Shown: piece by piece, positions 17,068 to 19,762 of the stretch | Layout: each line of letters begins with the position of its first letter | Position numbering within the stretch: the first letter of the stretch is position 1 | Origin: a candidate division WOR-3 bacterium | Lineage (GTDB): Bacteria; Hydrothermota; Hydrothermia; JBDRYB01 | NCBI GenBank assembly: GCA_039803205.1 | Contig: JBDRYB010000032.1 | Coordinates: forward strand, 1-19,762 | Direction: 5' to 3' | DNA length: 19,762 nucleotides | Position numbers and translations under genes: made by a program | Notes under the pieces: generated by a model | What the model was told of the DNA's origin: nothing | The model's input: the letters and a program-made list of their open reading frames with translations, nothing else | The model's database searches: none

Positions 17068-19563
17068 CTACTTTCCCGCCTCCATCCAGCTCTTGCCCAG
17101 TGATGTCTCAACAACCAGAGGGACAGACAAAGGAAGCGTGTCCTCCATTATCGCCTTTATTCTCTCGGAAACCTCCTCCGCATCGCTCTCGGCAACCTCA
17201 TAGAGAAGCTCATCGTGTATCTGAAGGAGGGGCACTGCCCGGATCCCCGCCTCATCTATCTCAACCATGGCCTTCTTTATTATGTCAGCCGCACTACCCT
17301 GGAACGGGCCGTTTATAGCGGCTCGGCGGGCAGACTCGCGCTCCTGCCTGTTCTCGCTCCTTATTCCAGGCACATACCTGCGCCTTCCGAGAAGGGTCGT
17401 GACATAACCCCTTGACTCTGCCTCTGCTACGAGCGCGTCCATCCACTCCCTTACCTTTGGAAAGCTCGCGAAGTAGGCCTCTATTATGCCCTTTGCCTGG
17501 TCATCCGGTATCCCAAGCCTCGCGGCAAGCCCGTATGGGCTCATGCCGTAAGCTATCCCGAAGTTGATCATCTTCGCGACGCGCCTGTCCTCTTGGGTTA
17601 TTGCTTCCAGGGGCTTTCCTAGAACAGCCGAGGCTGTGGCCGCGTGAATGTCAATCCCTTCCTTGAATGCCCTGCAAAGCCCAGGGTCCCCGGTTATGTG
17701 CGCTATTATCCTGAGCTCTATCTGGGAGTAATCCGCGTCAAGAAGAAGACAACCCTCTTCCGCCACAAAAGCCCTCCTTATCTTCTTGCCTATGTCGGTC
17801 CTTATCGGGATGTTCTGGAGGTTTGGGTCAGAGCACGAGACCCTGCCCGTTGCTGTTCCTGTCTGGTGAAATGTCGGATGAACCCTGCCGGTTTTCGGAT
17901 TGACTAAGTCCAGGAGGGCCTGGGTGTATGTGCTTCTGAGCTTGAAAAGCTCGCGGTATTCAAGTATCTTTCCGGGCAGGGGATGTTCCTTTGCGAGGGC
18001 CTCAAGGACTGACTGATCAGTTGAAAGCCCTGTCTTCGTCTTTTTGGTAGGCTTGAGCTTCAGTATCTCAAAGAGCACATGGGACAGCTGCTTTGGGGAG
18101 TTAAGGTTGAATCTGAGCCCTGCTGTTTCGTATATCTCCTCAAGAAGAGCGTTTATGCTAGCCTCCAGCTCGCGGTCAAAATCCCTCAGATAATCCGTAT
18201 CAACCTTTATCCCAGCGCGTTCCATCCTCGCCAGAACCCTGGCAAGGGGAAGTTCTATCTCCGAGAAAAGCTCCCAGAGCCCCTCGTTCTTCAATCGCTC
18301 CATCACCCCGTCTTTGACCCTGAGGACAAGATCAACCTCCTCGGCTCGCTTTTCCCTCGGGTTGGATGAGGGCATGAGGCCCAAATACCTCGGCGCGAGG
18401 TGCTCTATGCCCTCCTTGTATTTGCCGGTTTCTGATTGCGCGCTCGGGTCAAGGAGGTAATCGGCCACAACGAGGTCAAAAACCAACCCCTTCAGCTCAA
18501 TCCCCCTCTCAAAGCAAGCCTTGTGAACCTCCTTTGAGTGAAAAGCGTATTTCTCGGTCTCGGAGGAGAGCGCCTGCTCAGCCTCTTCCACGGGGCAGTG
18601 AAAGACCCTGCCGGGCTCAATCCCCCAGAATATCTCGGAGTCTCCGGAAAGGGCAAAATTCCCCTGTGGCTTAGCCTCTGATAGCGCTATTGCATAGACC
18701 TCCGAATACGGGGACGAGAACTCTCTTATAAGGGTGTGGAACTCCATCTCCCTGAAAATAGGAAACAGGACCGAGCGGTCAGGCTCCTTTATCTCAAGCT
18801 CCTCTGGTTCGGGGAGGCCGGGCACATCCACAAGCCTAACCAGTTCAAGGCTCATCTTCGCATCCTCTCGCCCGTCGGCCAAGGCCTTAGCGTATTTGCC
18901 CTTGATCTCGTCGAGGTGCTGGTATATCCCCTCCAGCGAACCATACCTGCTGAGCAATTCCTCAGCCCCTTTCTCCCCTATGCCCTTGACGCCCGGAACC
19001 CCGTCTATGCTGTCTCCAACGAGAGCGAGGTAATCAGGAACCCTTTCCGGAGGAACCCCAAACTTCTCCTTGACCTCCTCAGGGGTATACAGCCTCTCAA
19101 ACTGAGGCCTGGTATCCAGAACGGAGATCCTCTCATTCACCAATTGCAAGAGGTCCTTGTCAGATGTGAGGATTATCACATCCCAGCCCTGCTCAGCCGC
19201 CCTTTTCGCCAGGGTATAAAGCACATCATCAGCCTCATAACCATCTTTGACCATCACAGCGAGGCCGAGGGCCTCCGCGAGCCTCTGGATGTATGGCAAT
19301 TGAGCGGAGAGGTCATCCGGCATCCTCGGCCGCTCCGCCTTGTATGCTTCAAAGACCTTGTGCCTGAATGTCGGCTTCTTTGAATCAAACACGACAGCCC
19401 CATGGGTAGGTTTCGTGTCTCTCAGGGACTTTAGGAGGGAGTTCAAGAAGAGGTATATTCCTGATGTGTTGAATCCCCTTGAGTTTCTGAGAGGGTTTTT
19501 TATGAGGGCATAATACCCCCTGTATGCCAAGGATGAGCCATCAACGAGAAGCAGTTTCTTCAT
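17068..19563 (-). CDS. polA: DNA polymerase I (831 aa)
   Basis: 5'-nuclease LLLVDGSSLAYR, GYEADD, TSDKD, LVGDSIDGVPGVKGIG. Polymerase motif A DADYSQIELR, motif B RRVAKMINFGIAYG, motif C LQIHDELL. Start moved to ATG 19563 (MKKLLLVDG). Confidence 0.98.
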   Translation of the reverse strand: MKKLLLVDGSSLAYRGYYALIKNPLRNSRGFNTSGIYLFLNSLLKSLRDTKPTHGAVVFDSKKPTFRHKVFEAYKAERPRMPDDLSAQLPYIQRLAEALGLAVMVKDGYEADDVLYTLAKRAAEQGWDVIILTSDKDLLQLVNERISVLDTRPQFERLYTPEEVKEKFGVPPERVPDYLALVGDSIDGVPGVKGIGEKGAEELLSRYGSLEGIYQHLDEIKGKYAKALADGREDAKMSLELVRLVDVPGLPEPEELEIKEPDRSVLFPIFREMEFHTLIREFSSPYSEVYAIALSEAKPQGNFALSGDSEIFWGIEPGRVFHCPVEEAEQALSSETEKYAFHSKEVHKACFERGIELKGLVFDLVVADYLLDPSAQSETGKYKEGIEHLAPRYLGLMPSSNPREKRAEEVDLVLRVKDGVMERLKNEGLWELFSEIELPLARVLARMERAGIKVDTDYLRDFDRELEASINALLEEIYETAGLRFNLNSPKQLSHVLFEILKLKPTKKTKTGLSTDQSVLEALAKEHPLPGKILEYRELFKLRSTYTQALLDLVNPKTGRVHPTFHQTGTATGRVSCSDPNLQNIPIRTDIGKKIRRAFVAEEGCLLLDADYSQIELRIIAHITGDPGLCRAFKEGIDIHAATASAVLGKPLEAITQEDRRVAKMINFGIAYGMSPYGLAARLGIPDDQAKGIIEAYFASFPKVREWMDALVAEAESRGYVTTLLGRRRYVPGIRSENRQERESARRAAINGPFQGSAADIIKKAMVEIDEAGIRAVPLLQIHDELLYEVAESDAEEVSERIKAIMEDTLPLSVPLVVETSLGKSWMEAGK

Positions 19564-19569
19564 GCCGGA

Positions 19570-19599
19570 ATTATAACGCTGACGAGAGGCGCGATTCAG
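19570..19599 (-). promoter_or_regulatory. Putative leaderless promoter of polA
   Basis: Minus strand: CTGAAT (19599-19594), 18 nt, TATAAT (19575-19570), 6 nt, ATG 19563. No SD. Confidence 0.6.
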
Positions 19600-19762
19600 C
19601 ATTTCTGAGATATGATCAACAACAGCCAATAGCGCTTGAGATCTCACATACTCTCACCCCCCAGAAACAGGTTCTGATGCAGGATAGCTCGTAAGTTCTT
19701 GGGGCACAAGAGCTTAGCGTATCCTCCTCGCAATCGGTCAAGACACAGGAGTGCCTTGGTGA

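Noticed and set aside
19564..19647. 28-aa N-terminal extension of PolA
   Set aside because: Homology begins at MKKLLLVDG, and the extension contains the putative promoter.
19600..19762. Right-edge minus-strand frames: a Cys-rich frame ending ...SAIGCC*, another ending ...FLGGESM*, and a faint resemblance to a decayed nucleotidyltransferase/DUF86 pair
   Set aside because: Too short and truncated by the window edge. No diagnostic motif identifies the coding frame.
1..19762. CRISPR arrays, tRNA/rRNA genes, IS elements or prophage
   Set aside because: No spaced direct repeats, cloverleaf or rRNA signatures, transposase or integrase seen. Intergenic gaps are very short.

Overview
Bacterial chromosomal window, gene-dense and roughly 55% GC by eye. 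It is probably from a diderm, possibly thermophilic, uncultured lineage (WOR-3/FCB-like is a guess only). Left to right: secA (+); a frameshifted three-repeat LVIVD lipoprotein (+); a minus-strand unit of degenerate beta-class DNA methyltransferase, Wzi-like outer-membrane protein and wecB; a class A PBP (+); then a long minus-strand run transcribed polA, cheB-cheA-cheW-cheW-cheR-mcp, small membrane ORF, comM/yifB, VanZ-PgpA fusion. I found no RNA genes, CRISPR arrays or mobile elements. Main observations: (1) a compact, intact chemosensory operon with no CheY, a CheA lacking P2 and receiver domains, and a receptor with no sensory domain; (2) a SecA that lacks the C-terminal SEC-C metal-binding motif but has a six-cysteine insertion in NBD2; (3) a methyltransferase homolog without its catalytic motif heading a surface-polysaccharide unit; (4) six sigma70-like promoters that all have an 18-bp spacer, three of them positioned for leaderless translation; (5) apparent total absence of GTAC and ACGT across 19.7 kb. 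All assignments come from manual motif recognition; no searches were run.
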